From Gemmatimonadaceae bacterium (lineage in GTDB: Bacteria; Gemmatimonadota; Gemmatimonadetes; Gemmatimonadales; Gemmatimonadaceae): 64,000 nt of DNA. Shown piece by piece: positions 29,607-39,333 of the stretch. How positions within the stretch are numbered: position 1 is the stretch's first letter; every line of letters starts with the position of its first letter. Location: the NCBI GenBank assembly GCA_051859245.1, contig JBHYGA010000001.1, positions 128,001-192,000 on the forward strand, read 5' to 3'. The position numbers and the translations under genes are program-made. The notes beneath the pieces are model-generated. The model saw only the letters and a program-made list of their open reading frames with translations. It did no database searches and had not been told where the DNA came from.

Positions 29607-30815
29607 GTGAAGTTCACGCGCCTGTCGCTCCCGTTTCTCACCGTCGCGCTGCTCGCGCTTTCGGCCTGCACCTCCGGCGCGCCACGCGCTTCGCGAGGCG
29701 CTGCGCCAGTCGGGCAAGCTCGGCCGTGGCCGTGGGCAATCAGCGCGTCCGTGGCCGATAGCGTGCACACAGAAGAACTCGCACCTGGCGTTCGGCTCTA
29801 TCGATTGGTCGAACTGTCCCGACCCTGGCGCGCCGTCGTGCTCGACGTGGACCTCGCGCAGTGTGTGAGCGTGCAGAGCGTGAAGGGCGCCTCGACGGCG
29901 CTGGGACGCCAAACCACCAGCGCACTGCTCCAGAGTCTCGACCCATCGCGTCGTGCGGTGGCCGCCGTGAACGCCGACTTCTTCTTGTTTACGCCGCCCG
30001 GCGTGCCAACGGGGGCGCACATTGAGCGCGGTCGGCTGATTGCAGGTCCCGGCGTGCGCCCGGTGTTTGCCATGGATAGCGCGGGGCGCCCGTATATCGG
30101 TTTGCTAAGGGCGCGCGGCACCGTGAGTCGACGTGGCGCCGAGTATGCCCTGACCGGCTGGAATCGGCCGGCGGCGAATGGGGTGAGCGTGCTCGACGAG
30201 GCGTGGGGAGCGCCGATCGACACGGCGGTGCTGGGCGAGGCGTGGGAAGTGCGACCACTTGGTGGCATGCGCTACGTGGTTGAGCGCGAGACGACCGCTC
30301 CGCCCACCGGCGATCGGCTGGTAATTGTTCGAGGACGAACGATAGCGGCGTCGGAGTCGCCGATCGCCGTGGGTGACACGCTTGGGATTCGGTGGGGGCT
30401 GGAACCGATGTACCCCATGGACGCGGTGGGCGGGTTTCCCGTGCTCCTGCGCGACAGTGTGATGCCGCCCGGGGCCGCCACGGCCGGTGCGGCTGGCTTC
30501 AGTGGTCCGAATCCGCGCACCGCGGTGGGGATTGGCGCGGGGGGACGGCGCCTGCTGCTCGTCGTGATTGACGGCCGGCAGCCGGGCTTCAGCGCCGGCG
30601 CCACCCTCGAACAAACAGCCGATCTTCTGCAAGCCCTCGGCGCGCGTGAGGCGATCAACCTGGACGGCGGTGGATCATCGGCGCTGGTGGTGCGGAATTT
30701 CAGGGACGAACTGCGTGTGACGAACCGTCCGTCGGACGCTACCGGTGAGCGGGCCGTAGGCAATGCGCTGGCGTTACTTGCGACGTGCGACGGGGCGCGG
30801 AGCGCGCGTCGCTGA
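29607..30815 (+). CDS. Phosphodiester glycosidase (NAGPA-family) lipoprotein
   Basis: Lipobox LSAC; AVNADFF, PRTAVG, VIDGRQ, NLDGGGS, ERAVGNAL. Confidence 0.88.
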   Translation: MKFTRLSLPFLTVALLALSACTSGAPRASRGAAPVGQARPWPWAISASVADSVHTEELAPGVRLYRLVELSRPWRAVVLDVDLAQCVSVQSVKGASTALGRQTTSALLQSLDPSRRAVAAVNADFFLFTPPGVPTGAHIERGRLIAGPGVRPVFAMDSAGRPYIGLLRARGTVSRRGAEYALTGWNRPAANGVSVLDEAWGAPIDTAVLGEAWEVRPLGGMRYVVERETTAPPTGDRLVIVRGRTIAASESPIAVGDTLGIRWGLEPMYPMDAVGGFPVLLRDSVMPPGAATAGAAGFSGPNPRTAVGIGAGGRRLLLVVIDGRQPGFSAGATLEQTADLLQALGAREAINLDGGGSSALVVRNFRDELRVTNRPSDATGERAVGNALALLATCDGARSARR

Positions 30816-30899
30816 CCTTGCCCGGGCGCGATTAATGAGAGGGACGGATCGTTAGCCCGCATTTCGTCACGCCAATAGTCTTAGCGTCGTGACAAATGT

Positions 30900-30928
30900 T
30901 TGACATTCGTGGAACAAACTGTCATGAT
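30900..30928 (+). promoter_or_regulatory. Sigma70-type promoter of the second SusCD pair
   Basis: TTGACA (30900-30905), 17-nt spacer, extended TGn-CATGAT (30920-30928). Confidence 0.7.
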
Positions 30929-31053
30929 GCGGGCGCTTCGTACCGGTCATACACAGCAAGTCCCGTGTATGTCGGATACGTCCCGCCACCTGCCTTCTCT
31001 CGCGGTGTGTTGGCCGGTTTTACGCTCACCTATTACGTCAGGACGGTTGTCCC

Positions 31054-34000
31054 ATGATCAGGGCGCTCCGAACGTACCTGCCCTCGCTGGCTGTGGCTTT
31101 GATAGCCGCGGTCGCCTTCGTTCCAAAGGCTGCGCTTGCCCAAGTGGGCTCGCTGACCGGAACCATTACCGACGCAACCAGCGGTGCGCCCATTGGCGGC
31201 GCGACCGTACTCATTGGCGGCACCACACTGGTTGGTGTCTCGAACGATCGCGGTGAGTACAGCATCGCGAACATCCGTCCGGGCCGCTTGCTCGTGTCGG
31301 TACAGCGCATCGGCTACAAGGCGCAGGGCGATACGGTGCGCCTCGCGGCCGGCGAGCGCGTGACCAAGAACTTCACGCTGTCGGCTACGGTCTCCACGTT
31401 GTCTGAAGTGGTTGTGACCGGCGTGACGGGCAATACGCAGCGTCGTGCGCAGGCGGCCGTTGTGGCCTCACTTCCTGTGGGCGATCTGGCGCGCAACGCG
31501 CCGGTGTCCACCGTGAACGAAATCCTGCAGTCGCGCCTGCCGGGCGTGTCGGTGAACACGGCGTCTGGTACGGCCGGCTCCTCGCGCGCGATTCGTATTC
31601 GCGGCGCGTCGTCGATCTCGTTGTCGAACCAGCCGCTCATTTTCATTGACGGTATCCGCGTGTCGGAAGGCCAGAACTCGCCCGGGGTAGGCGGTCAGGC
31701 TACTGACCGTTTGAACGACATTAATCCGGACGACATCGAGTCGATCGAAGTGGTGAAGGGCCCGGCCGCTGCCACGTTGTACGGCGCCGACGCCTCCTCG
31801 GGCGTGATCCAGATCATCACCAAGAAGGGCAAGCTCGGCTCGAACACGTTCCAGCAGTCACTGCGTTTGGACTTCTCGCAGATTGAGCAAAACTGGACGC
31901 CACCGGACAACTTCGGCAACTGCAGCGCGGCGCTTGTTGCGCCAACAAGCACGAATCCGCTCTGCCGCGGCCAGGCCGTTGGAACGCTGATCCGCGACAA
32001 CCCGCTCGAGCGCGTGAACGCCTTCCGCACCGGAAGTGAGCGCAACTTTGGCTGGACCGGTCGTGGTGGTGGTTCGAACTACGGCTACTTCCTGAGTGCC
32101 ACGTCGGACAAGACGCTCGGCACGCTGCCGAACAATTCGTTTGAGCGTAACGGCTTCCGTACGAACGTGAATCTTGTGCCGGACGCACGCTTCAAGGTTG
32201 ACATCGGCTTGAACCTGCTGCAGTCGAACACCATCCTGCCCGACAACGACAACAATATTTACGGCTGGCTCGGTGGCGCGCTGCTCGGAACTCCGACCAC
32301 GCGTAACGACTCGGGCAATCCGAGCAACGACGGCTTCTTTGGTTTTGCGCGCCAGTACGATGCGATCAACGCAATTCAGAGTGGCATTGAGTCGCGCCGC
32401 ACACAGGCGAACGTGACCGCTACGTATCAGCCGACGAACTGGTTCACCAATCGCGTAACGCTGGGCGCCGATCTCTCGCGTGACGAAGTGACGAAGTACT
32501 ACCCGCTTAACTCCGTGGGGCAGTACGCTGGTAACTTGAATACGGGTGACAACACGCAGGACCGCATTGGTGTCGATCGTTTCACTATCGACTACCTCGG
32601 CAACATGCGCACCACGCTCGGCGATGAAGATCAGTGGGGCGTAAATCTGTCCGGTGGCTTGCAGTCGATCCTTTCGCGCACAGACGTGACGTTCGCCAAC
32701 GGCTTCGGCTTTACCACGAACGCTGCGAACAGCGTGAGCAACGCCTCGACGCGAACGGGCGGACAGACGTTCAATGAGCAGAAGGCGCTCGGCTTTCTCG
32801 GCGAACTGCAGCTGAGCAGCCGTGACCGTCGTTTCCTCCAGATCGGCGCACGCGTTGACCAGAATTCCTCCTTCGGTGAAGGCACACCAGCTTTCTTCCT
32901 GCCGAAGATCGGCGCGTCGTGGGTAGTGTCCGAAGAACGTTTCTTTGATCCGCTCAGCTCGATCTTCACGCAGCTCCGTCTGCGCGCTGCCTGGGGTACA
33001 ACAGGCCGCTCGCCGAACCCGGGTGCTTCGCTGACCACGTTCTCTGCGGCGCCGTTTGCAATCACCGGTTCCGCGCAGTCCGGCGCCATTCCAAACAACC
33101 CCGGTAACGATTCACTCAAGGCCGAGCGTGGCGAGGAGTTCGAAGTCGGCTTTGATGCGAGCACCTGGAACGATCGCATCAACCTTGAGTTCACGTACTT
33201 CAACAAGACTACAAAGGACCTGCTCCTCCAGACGCCGCTGCCGCCGTCACTCGGATTCCTGAGTGATCCGTTCGCCAACATTGGTGAAGTGAACAACAGC
33301 GGACTTGAACTGACGCTGACTGCCAACTTGCTGCGCACCGAAAATCTTGACTGGGAGCTTCGCGTTGGCGGTAACACGCTCGACAACAAACTGGTCAGCC
33401 TCGGCGGCGTGAATCCGTTCAATACGCTGAATCGTTTCCAGGAAGGCTACCAGCTTGGCTCGTTCGTGACCAAGACGATTCGCTCGATCAACGAAGAGAC
33501 GGGTGTCGTGGTGGTGTCGGACACGCTCGAGTATTACGACAACATTCTTCCCACGCTCGAGTGGAACATCTCGAACACGATCACTGTGTTCAAGAACTTC
33601 CGTCTTTCGGCGCTGCTTGACGCGAAGAGCGGTTTCAGTATCTACAACAACACGGACTTTTTCCGCGAAACGCAGCTTGTGCGCAGCGACAACCGTCTTG
33701 ATGTGAACAAACTGAGCCGCCGCGAGCGTCTTCGTCGCTACGGTAACGACACGCCGGGCCGTCCCGCATTCGTGCAGGAAAACGGCGCACCGACCACGGT
33801 GAATGAAGTACGTGAGGCGTACATCCAGAAGGGTGACTTTGTACGTCTTCGCGAAGTGTCGCTCACGTACAGCTTGCCGCGCAGCCTGACCTCGCGCCTG
33901 GGCATTCTCAACGGTGGCACGTTCACGCTTGCGGGTCAGAACCTTGCGCTGTGGACGGACTACGAAGGCGCCGATCCAGAAGTCATTTCGGCCGCCACTG

Positions 34001-34077
34001 GCAACTTCAGCCGCACGGACTTCCTGACGCTGCCCAACCCGCGCCGCATCGTGTTCAAGACCAACTTCACTTTCTGA
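31054..34077 (+). CDS. SusC/RagA-family TonB-dependent transporter (second paralog)
   Basis: Signal peptide; EVVVTG; IRIRG..PLIFIDG..DINPDDIESIEVVKGPAAATLYG..GVIQIITKKG; C-terminal Phe. Confidence 0.93.
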   Translation: MIRALRTYLPSLAVALIAAVAFVPKAALAQVGSLTGTITDATSGAPIGGATVLIGGTTLVGVSNDRGEYSIANIRPGRLLVSVQRIGYKAQGDTVRLAAGERVTKNFTLSATVSTLSEVVVTGVTGNTQRRAQAAVVASLPVGDLARNAPVSTVNEILQSRLPGVSVNTASGTAGSSRAIRIRGASSISLSNQPLIFIDGIRVSEGQNSPGVGGQATDRLNDINPDDIESIEVVKGPAAATLYGADASSGVIQIITKKGKLGSNTFQQSLRLDFSQIEQNWTPPDNFGNCSAALVAPTSTNPLCRGQAVGTLIRDNPLERVNAFRTGSERNFGWTGRGGGSNYGYFLSATSDKTLGTLPNNSFERNGFRTNVNLVPDARFKVDIGLNLLQSNTILPDNDNNIYGWLGGALLGTPTTRNDSGNPSNDGFFGFARQYDAINAIQSGIESRRTQANVTATYQPTNWFTNRVTLGADLSRDEVTKYYPLNSVGQYAGNLNTGDNTQDRIGVDRFTIDYLGNMRTTLGDEDQWGVNLSGGLQSILSRTDVTFANGFGFTTNAANSVSNASTRTGGQTFNEQKALGFLGELQLSSRDRRFLQIGARVDQNSSFGEGTPAFFLPKIGASWVVSEERFFDPLSSIFTQLRLRAAWGTTGRSPNPGASLTTFSAAPFAITGSAQSGAIPNNPGNDSLKAERGEEFEVGFDASTWNDRINLEFTYFNKTTKDLLLQTPLPPSLGFLSDPFANIGEVNNSGLELTLTANLLRTENLDWELRVGGNTLDNKLVSLGGVNPFNTLNRFQEGYQLGSFVTKTIRSINEETGVVVVSDTLEYYDNILPTLEWNISNTITVFKNFRLSALLDAKSGFSIYNNTDFFRETQLVRSDNRLDVNKLSRRERLRRYGNDTPGRPAFVQENGAPTTVNEVREAYIQKGDFVRLREVSLTYSLPRSLTSRLGILNGGTFTLAGQNLALWTDYEGADPEVISAATGNFSRTDFLTLPNPRRIVFKTNFTF

Positions 34078-34088
34078 GCGAATACTCT

Positions 34089-35339
34089 ATGAACAACATT
34101 CAGCGAACCGCGCGTGCAGGTGCGGTCGCAGCGCTGCTCGGATTGAGCCTGGGCGCTTGCGATGAGTTCCTCACCGTCAAAAATCCAAACATCATCAACG
34201 CGTCCGCGATCAACCCGGTCCAGGACGCGCCCACTCTCGCGGCGTCGGCACAGCAGAACTTCGCCGCGACGCTCGGCTGGTTTGCGATGTACCAGTCGTG
34301 GTTTGTGGGTGAAACGCTGGTGGCCGAGACCTTCCCCACGCGTAACGAGTTCGGTCAGCGTACCGTGCTCAACACCAACGGTTCACACGCTGGTGAGCTG
34401 TGGGGCAACATCTCCGTCTCGCTCGCGTCGTCCGCGCTGGTGCTCGATCTGGAGCTTCCAGAACCGACGACGAACATCAACTACGCGCGCGCCGCAACTT
34501 TTAATGGCTACAGCTTTTTGTTGATGGCCGAAAGCTTCTGTCAGGGCGTATCTCGTGGTGGACCGGCGTTGAGTACGGCGCAGATGCTCGACTCGGCGGT
34601 TGCGAAGTTCACGCAAGCCATTTCTGTTGGGACGGCTAATGGATCCACGGCCGGTGTGCAGCTCGCTAACATTGCGAAGGTTGGCTTGGCGCGCGCTCAG
34701 CTGCAGGCGGGTCGCGGTGCACAGGCCATAGCGGCGGCGCAGTCCGTCCCGGCTGGCTTCACCTTCAACCTCACGTACCTCGACGATCCGGCGCAGCGTA
34801 ACCGTCTCGGCAACCGTTTGTGGCAGTTCACGCTCGACCGCGGATCGATCACGGTTGCGCCGGCCTTCCGCATCGATGGTGACCCGCGCATTCGCTACAA
34901 GTCGCCAGCGCAGCACAATCTGACGCCGCAGGATCCGTCCAGCGGACCGTTCTTCATTCAGGACAAGTACCCGGCCTTCAACAGCCCGATTCGTCTCGCG
35001 TCAAAGCTCGAAGCGGACTACATCGAAGCGGAAGCCACCGGCACCGCAGCACAGCTCACGCTGATCGCGGCCCGTCGGGCGGCCAACAATCAGCCCGCGT
35101 ACACCGGTGCCACCACGCCGGCAGCGGTGCTCACTGAGCTGATGGAACAGAAGGGTCGTGACTTCTACCTCGAAGCCAAGCGTATGGGTGACTTCCGCCG
35201 CAATCCGGCGGCCGTGCTCAACGTGCCGGTTCCGGGCGCTCCGTACTTCAAGGCAGGCTTCTCGCCGATCGGCAATCAGACTTGCTGGCCGTTGCCGCTC
35301 ACGGAGACGGACAACAACACGAACTTCCCGCGGAGCTGA
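34089..35339 (+). CDS. SusD/RagB-like lipoprotein
   Basis: Start 34089; lipobox LGAC; EQKGRDFYLEAKRMGDFRR; PLPLTETDNN. Confidence 0.85.
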   Translation: MNNIQRTARAGAVAALLGLSLGACDEFLTVKNPNIINASAINPVQDAPTLAASAQQNFAATLGWFAMYQSWFVGETLVAETFPTRNEFGQRTVLNTNGSHAGELWGNISVSLASSALVLDLELPEPTTNINYARAATFNGYSFLLMAESFCQGVSRGGPALSTAQMLDSAVAKFTQAISVGTANGSTAGVQLANIAKVGLARAQLQAGRGAQAIAAAQSVPAGFTFNLTYLDDPAQRNRLGNRLWQFTLDRGSITVAPAFRIDGDPRIRYKSPAQHNLTPQDPSSGPFFIQDKYPAFNSPIRLASKLEADYIEAEATGTAAQLTLIAARRAANNQPAYTGATTPAAVLTELMEQKGRDFYLEAKRMGDFRRNPAAVLNVPVPGAPYFKAGFSPIGNQTCWPLPLTETDNNTNFPRS

Positions 35340-35385
35340 TCCGGCGACACCCTCGTGCAACGAGCAACGCTCATCGCACGAAAAC

Positions 35386-35423
35386 ACAACGGGCCGGTCA
35401 GAGAAATCTGGCCGGCCCGTTGT
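35386..35423. terminator. Intrinsic terminator
   Basis: ACAACGGGCCGGTCAGA-gaaa-TCTGGCCGGCCCGTTGT followed by TGTTGT, between convergent genes. Confidence 0.75.
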
Positions 35424-35489
35424 TGTTGTGGTTCGTTGTGTGATCGCGCGACCGTCACGCCGTTGAGTCTGCGGCGTCCATCGACACTG

Positions 35490-37175
35490 CTACTTTTCTT
35501 TCGTAGCCACACTCCTCGCACCGCCGAGCAACAACCCCACCGCAACCACCGTGAGCGCACCAATTACGTTGTGCCACAGAAAGCTGATCGACGGCGCACC
35601 GAACGACACAGCCGCCACCGTGGCCATGCCCGTGATCAGTCCCACAAACGCGCCGAGCGCCCTCGCACGCGGGATCATGGCCAGCAAGAACACACCGAGA
35701 ATTGAGCCATAAAAGAATGATCCGAAGCGGTTCACCACTTCGATCAACGAACCGAGTGTGGCCGCATACGTGGCCACAAAACAGGCAAACAGTCCCCAGA
35801 TGGCCGTGGAGATCTTTGAGACTTTCAAATAGTGCGCGTCGCTGCCCACGGGTTTGAACCACCGTTGATAAAAATCCACCACGGTGGCGGTAGACAACGA
35901 ATTCAGCTCAGCGGCAATGCTCGACATCGCCGCCGCGAGTACAGCCGCGAGGAAGACGCCTGCAAGGCCCACCGGCAGATGATCAAGCACGAACCGTGGA
36001 ATGATGTAGTTCACGTCGCGCGAGGGCTGACCGGTCACGCTGGCGGCCTTCTCGAGCGCCTCGGTGCGCACGGCGCTCACACTCGTCTCGGCGGCCCGCA
36101 CTGCATCCAGCGCAGCAGTCTCGGCCGCACCATCGTTGGCGTCACGCGCGGTGACCACCTGGCGGGCGGCTGCCTCCCGCTCAGCACCGGCGGCTACGTA
36201 GCGCTGCTCGAGGGCCGCGTATTCTGCAGGTGCACTGGCACGCACCTGTGATTCGTGCGCCGGGTTGTACAACAGTGGCGGCGACTGAAACAGATAGAAC
36301 AAATACACCAGCACGCCCACGAGCAGCACGAGCGCTTGCAACGGAATCTTCCAGTACGCGCTCATGAGCAGCGAACTGCGCGCTTCGTCTACGGAACGGG
36401 CCGTGAGATACCGCTGTACCTGACTCTGGTCAGTGCCAAAGTACGACAACATCAGGAACGTGCCGCCGAGCACACCGCTCCAGAACGTGTACGTCTCAGT
36501 GAAGTTGAACGAGAAATCGAAGACCCGCAGTCGCCCTGTCGCGCCCGCCACACGCAGCGCGTCATCCAGTGGCACTGGCATGCGCAGCAGCAGCACCACA
36601 ACAATCGCGGTGAGTGCACCAACAATCACCACCATCTGTTTCACGTCGGCCCAGGTGACGGCCTGCACGCCGCCGAGCACTGTGTAGAGCACCGTGGGCA
36701 CGCCAATCAGCGCTACGGACCACGTGAGATCCCAGCCAAACACGGCGGAAAACACCACGGCCGGTGCGGCGATAATCGTGCCGCACGACATGCCGCGCGA
36801 CATGAGAAACAGGAAGCTTGTGAGCGAACGTGTTTTCGCGTCAAAGCGACGTTCGAGATACTCGTAGGCGGTGTACACCTTGGCGCCATGCAGAAATGGC
36901 ACCAGCGTGACGCCGAGAATCACCATCGCGAGTGGCAGTCCAAAGTAGAACTGCACAAAGCGCAGACCGTCAGTGGCCCCCTGACCGGTGGTACCAATGA
37001 GCGTGACGGCGGAGAGCTGCGTGGCCATGACCGACAATCCCACCGCCCACCAGGGCAGACTGCGATTGGCGAGAAAGTAGCCTTCGATATTGGTGGTGTC
37101 CTTCGTGCGCCGCAGCCCGTCCCACACCACGTAGGTGATGTAGGTGATCAGAATGACCCAGTTAATCCAATGCAT
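35490..37175 (-). CDS. Sodium:solute symporter (SSS) family
   Basis: YFLANRSLPWWAVGLS, TAYEYLERRF, GGVQAVTWAD, GTDQSQVQRYL, AAAMSS. Confidence 0.93.
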   Translation of the reverse strand: MHWINWVILITYITYVVWDGLRRTKDTTNIEGYFLANRSLPWWAVGLSVMATQLSAVTLIGTTGQGATDGLRFVQFYFGLPLAMVILGVTLVPFLHGAKVYTAYEYLERRFDAKTRSLTSFLFLMSRGMSCGTIIAAPAVVFSAVFGWDLTWSVALIGVPTVLYTVLGGVQAVTWADVKQMVVIVGALTAIVVVLLLRMPVPLDDALRVAGATGRLRVFDFSFNFTETYTFWSGVLGGTFLMLSYFGTDQSQVQRYLTARSVDEARSSLLMSAYWKIPLQALVLLVGVLVYLFYLFQSPPLLYNPAHESQVRASAPAEYAALEQRYVAAGAEREAAARQVVTARDANDGAAETAALDAVRAAETSVSAVRTEALEKAASVTGQPSRDVNYIIPRFVLDHLPVGLAGVFLAAVLAAAMSSIAAELNSLSTATVVDFYQRWFKPVGSDAHYLKVSKISTAIWGLFACFVATYAATLGSLIEVVNRFGSFFYGSILGVFLLAMIPRARALGAFVGLITGMATVAAVSFGAPSISFLWHNVIGALTVVAVGLLLGGARSVATKEK

Positions 37176-37178
37176 GGG

Positions 37179-37283
37179 CTAGGCGGCGTATCGGGATTGC
37201 AGCGCCCAGAGCAGCAGCAGGGCGATCACTTGCACGGTCATGACCTGGGCCAGCGTGCGTCGAAAGCGGGAGGGTTCAGGCAT
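37179..37283 (-). CDS. 34-aa single-TM peptide, putative symporter accessory subunit (not in ORF track)
   Basis: MPEPSRFRRTLAQVMTVQVIALLLLWALQSRYAA; stop 3 nt before the SSS ATG; TAGATT 6 nt upstream of the ATG. Confidence 0.7.
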   Translation of the reverse strand: MPEPSRFRRTLAQVMTVQVIALLLLWALQSRYAA

Positions 37284-37339
37284 GGGGAGAATCTACTGCT
37301 GGTCCGCGCTACCCGCCCTCCCACATTTCGACGTGCCCG

Positions 37340-38050
37340 TTAACTCGCCGCCAGCGCGATGGTCGCGGCATCCGCCACGCGCCCGTCGAACAGATGCACT
37401 TCACGATCGGCGTGCTGCGCGTAGCGCGCATCGTGCGTGACCATGCAGATCGTGGCGCCATTCTGATGCAGTTCCTGCAGCAGCCCCATCACGGCTTCGC
37501 CATTTTTGGAATCGAGATTTCCCGTGGGCTCGTCGGCGAGCAGAATGGCTGGATCGCCGGCCACGGCGCGTGCGACCGCGACACGCTGCTGCTGACCACC
37601 GGAGAGCTGCGCCGGAAAATGTTTGGCGCGGTGCGTCATGCCAACCCGCTCCAACGCCGACTGGACACGATCACGCCGCTCACTCGCGGCCATGTCGCGA
37701 TAGGTGAGTGGCAGTTCCACATTTTCGAACACGGTGAGATCACCGATCAGATTAAACGCCTGAAAGATGAAACCGATCTGCTGATTGCGAACGCGCGCGC
37801 GATCCATGGGCGCAAGTCGTGCGACAGGCTGACCATCAATAAAGTACTCGCCAGACGTGGGTGCATCGAGCAAACCAAGAATGGAGAGCAGCGTGGTTTT
37901 ACCGCAGCCCGACGGACCGGAAATCGCGACGTACTCGCCGCGCTGAATCTCGAAGTGTACATCCGCGAGTGCATGTGTTTCGACTTCGTCCGTGTGAAAT
38001 ACTTTGCGGATGCCCTGCATCTGAATGAGCGGTGAGCCTTTGGCGGACAT
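37340..38050 (-). CDS. ABC transporter ATP-binding protein (MacB/LolD-like)
   Basis: GPSGCGKT, LSGGQQQRVA, LADEPTGNLD, VTHD. Confidence 0.95.
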   Translation of the reverse strand: MSAKGSPLIQMQGIRKVFHTDEVETHALADVHFEIQRGEYVAISGPSGCGKTTLLSILGLLDAPTSGEYFIDGQPVARLAPMDRARVRNQQIGFIFQAFNLIGDLTVFENVELPLTYRDMAASERRDRVQSALERVGMTHRAKHFPAQLSGGQQQRVAVARAVAGDPAILLADEPTGNLDSKNGEAVMGLLQELHQNGATICMVTHDARYAQHADREVHLFDGRVADAATIALAAS

Positions 38051-38088
38051 GTCGTGAGTTCTCCGAAGTGAAAAGAAACGTGAGGCTA

Positions 38089-39333
38089 TCAGCGAATGCG
38101 AACGCGATCGGCCGTGGCAAACGCCGACATGTCCGAGAGAATGATGCGATCACCGGGCGCGAGGCCGCGGATGATTTCAATCGTGTTGACCGAGTTGCGG
38201 CCGAGTTCAACCGGCACGCGTGTGGCCGCGTCGCCGCTCGGATCGAGTTTGAACAAACTCACCAGTCCCGTGCCGCCCGTCATGGCGGGACGTCCGCTGA
38301 AAATGACGTTCTCAAGTTTTTCAATCTGAATCGTGCCGTCGACACTCAGGTCCGGCACCGCACCGGCCGGCAACGGGCCGTCGAGCGCCACATCAATCGT
38401 GACACTGCCACTGATCGCCGACGGATCCTTGCGCACCACACGTCCCGGTACGATGCCATTGCGTGTGTCAATCATTGCCGGTAATCCGATCGTCACGTCT
38501 TTTGCCTGCGACTCCGGCACGCGCAGCACGGCTTTCAGTTTGCCCGGCTGCACGACCTTGGCAAGCGTGGTGCCTTCGGGTACCCACTGACCGAGTTGCA
38601 AGGTGAGGTCTTGCAACACGCCGGTTTCCGGCGCGGTCACGACAAGCGAGCGCAAACGCGCACGCTGATTCGCGGCGATGGCTTCGAGCTGCACCACCTG
38701 CGAGGCTTGCACCGAAATCTGCGAGTCGATCGCTTGCTTCATGAGATCGAGTCGTTCCTGCTCAATACGGTAGCGCGTGGTGAACTCGTCGGCCGAGGCC
38801 TTCTTGTTGCGCGCTTCAAACCCGGAAATGAGTTTGAGCTTTTCCAGCGAGTCAGCGGCCGCGCCTTCCTGCGTTGCGTTGACCAGCTGCGTACGCATGC
38901 TGGCAACGGTACCCTCCTGCGTGAGCAACTGACTGCGCAGGTTCGTGCGCAGATTGAGCAAATCAATCTGCGCCTGACGCACCTGCTGCTCGGCCTGCAT
39001 GGTCTGAATCTGCAGATCAGGATTGGACAGTTCGAGCAGAATCTGATCGGCCGACACTTCGCGACCGGATTCGGAGTTCAAACGCTCCACGCGGGCAGAC
39101 GCCTGCGCGGTGATCCATCGAATCTGCTCGGGCACGAGTGTACCTGGCCCGCGCACTTCACGCACCACATCGCCGCGACGCACGGAGTCAACAAGCACCG
39201 CCGCGCGCTCCACCGTGGGAGCCGCGGGCTCGAGTTGGCTCAGTAATGCAGTGGTGGCCACGACCAACAGCACAGAACCGCCAATGATGTACGCCTTGCG
39301 ATTGGACTTCTGCGGCGTGCGAACAATATCCAT
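38089..39333 (-). CDS. Efflux periplasmic adaptor (HlyD/MacA-like)
   Basis: N-terminal anchor, lipoyl halves flanking a coiled coil, C-terminal GLAPGDRIILSD. Confidence 0.88.
   Translation of the reverse strand: MDIVRTPQKSNRKAYIIGGSVLLVVATTALLSQLEPAAPTVERAAVLVDSVRRGDVVREVRGPGTLVPEQIRWITAQASARVERLNSESGREVSADQILLELSNPDLQIQTMQAEQQVRQAQIDLLNLRTNLRSQLLTQEGTVASMRTQLVNATQEGAAADSLEKLKLISGFEARNKKASADEFTTRYRIEQERLDLMKQAIDSQISVQASQVVQLEAIAANQRARLRSLVVTAPETGVLQDLTLQLGQWVPEGTTLAKVVQPGKLKAVLRVPESQAKDVTIGLPAMIDTRNGIVPGRVVRKDPSAISGSVTIDVALDGPLPAGAVPDLSVDGTIQIEKLENVIFSGRPAMTGGTGLVSLFKLDPSGDAATRVPVELGRNSVNTIEIIRGLAPGDRIILSDMSAFATADRVRIR

Noticed and set aside
2862..30020. Long N-terminal extensions in the ORF track (starts 4616, 4475, 5054, 12669, 15809, 19593, 30020)
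   Set aside because: They overlap neighbouring genes and precede clear signal peptides, RBSs or -10 motifs at downstream starts.
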